Source of the DNA: Pseudomonadota bacterium | GTDB taxonomy: Bacteria > Pseudomonadota > Gammaproteobacteria > JAKAQQ01 | DNA: 16,007 nt | Direction of reading: 5' to 3' | NCBI GenBank assembly: GCA_027320085.1 | Contig: DAHVLZ010000016.1 | Location: 1-16,007, forward strand | Part shown: positions 14,934-16,007 of the stretch, one piece after another | Position numbering within the stretch: position 1 is the stretch's first letter | How the letters are laid out: each line of letters begins with the position of its first letter | Notes under the pieces: generated by a model | Seen by the model: only the letters and a program-made list of their open reading frames with translations | Databases searched by the model: none | What the model was told of the DNA's origin: nothing | Translations under genes and position numbers: made by a program

Positions 14934-16007
14934 CCATCCCCCGGTTCTTTGAACTCGCAATGGCCGAAGAGAAAAGTCGAGCATACGCCTCCTCTAAATC
15001 CTCTTCCTGAAGACGCCGCAAACGATCAAGCGATCCGCTCCGCCATTCGGCATGCTCGGTTTCGGTCATCTCCGCGAGTTGGTCGATCCGCCGGGCAAAC
15101 AGCAGGGGATTCTCCAGTGGGATGGACCATCCCGCCCGCACCACCTCAAGGTCGGTCCATGGTGTCCGATCACTCACCAGAACCGGAGTCGCAGAAGCCC
15201 AGCTTTCGACGATGACGTAGCCGTAGTTTTCACCGAGCGTCGGAAGCAGCAAGGCATCGTACTGGCTCATGATCCCACTCACCGCATCCGGATCAACGGA
15301 TCCCCTATAGAAGGTTGTAACGTGCTTGGGCAGTTCCCGGAGGCTCCGCTGGCAGAGAGCCCAGTAAGCTGGATCCTCGATCGGACCGTAAATATCGAGA
15401 CAAACCGGCGCTTGAACCCGGGACAGGATTTCAAGAGCGCCAAGCAGGTTTTTCTTTGGCGAAATCCTCGAGAGGAAGATCAGGCGTGCACGACCCTCTT
15501 GCTTGGGCGCATGGCACTTCACCACCTCCGCGCTGGGTGTGGGAGGAAAGTTGGGTGCAAGAATCACCTCACTCTTCGCACCCACAACGCGCCTGATGGA
15601 TTCCACTTCTTCGGGGCTGGCGGCATGCCAGCTCAGCCCTCGGCCAAGGTCCAGGAGTTTGGCGAAACCCAGATAGATCCGCTTGCGTTTCGGCTTGAGC
15701 GAGAGCGCCCCGGCCGAAAATTCGCCACGCGGAGCAATGATTAAGGGAATCCGCTGTACGAGTCCCATCCGGCGAAGGCACAACAGTTGGATGGTGGGCT
15801 CCCGTGCAAAAAAACTGCAGATATAAATCGCGTCGGGGCGCATGTTCTCAACTAGCTGCAGGATTGCAGGGGCCGTACGTCTCAAAAATGACGCATAAAA
15901 AACCCAGGCTTGGCCTTTTTTTTGCCATTGATTGCTGGTGATCCCTGGCAGTTTCTCCCTTGTTCCGAACTCGCGATCCCGGCAGTACACATAGAAGGCA
16001 TACGGCG
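14926..16007 (-). CDS. Family 4 (GT-B) glycosyltransferase, 5'-truncated by the window edge
   Basis: Motifs IIAPRGEFS, FLSRISPKKNL and LLLPTLGENYGYVIVES (EX7E). The frame stays open to the window end (...PYAFYVYCRDRE). Confidence 0.9.
   Translation of the reverse strand, partial: PYAFYVYCRDREFGTREKLPGITSNQWQKKGQAWVFYASFLRRTAPAILQLVENMRPDAIYICSFFAREPTIQLLCLRRMGLVQRIPLIIAPRGEFSAGALSLKPKRKRIYLGFAKLLDLGRGLSWHAASPEEVESIRRVVGAKSEVILAPNFPPTPSAEVVKCHAPKQEGRARLIFLSRISPKKNLLGALEILSRVQAPVCLDIYGPIEDPAYWALCQRSLRELPKHVTTFYRGSVDPDAVSGIMSQYDALLLPTLGENYGYVIVESWASATPVLVSDRTPWTDLEVVRAGWSIPLENPLLFARRIDQLAEMTETEHAEWRSGSLDRLRRLQEEDLEEAYARLFSSAIASSKNRGMDE

Noticed and set aside
14247-15923. A8 (14247-14254) and T8 (15916-15923) tracts in glycosyltransferase genes as phase-variation sites
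   Set aside because: The runs are short and both frames are intact. Read-level length variation would be needed to support this.
1-16007. CRISPR arrays, tRNA or rRNA genes
   Set aside because: No regularly spaced repeats or recognisable structural RNA genes were seen. The window is almost fully protein-coding.

Overview
GC-rich proteobacterial-type chromosomal window. The left part is ordinary: the 3' end of a GlyGly-CTERM surface protein, an ABC-2 exporter pair, hemL, and a DedA/PAP2-like/LssY-type membrane protein. The right part is the edge of a surface-polysaccharide locus: wecA-like, GDP-mannose 3,5-epimerase-like, two GT2, one GT4 and an unannotated carbamoyltransferase remnant. Between them (about 5.57-10.71 kb) is a four-gene module: a proteasome-beta/HslV-like Thr1 Ntn-hydrolase, a coupled 111-aa protein, a WYL-domain regulator and a divergent double-ring AAA+ ATPase. 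Both the protease-like operon and the ATPase are preceded by a near-identical palindrome (ATGCGACACA[G/T]CTTGTCGCAA) with a CAnACT hexamer at the same spacing. This suggests a WYL-controlled, nucleic-acid-stress-inducible, ATP-dependent protease system. All calls rest on motif recognition by eye; no database searches were run.
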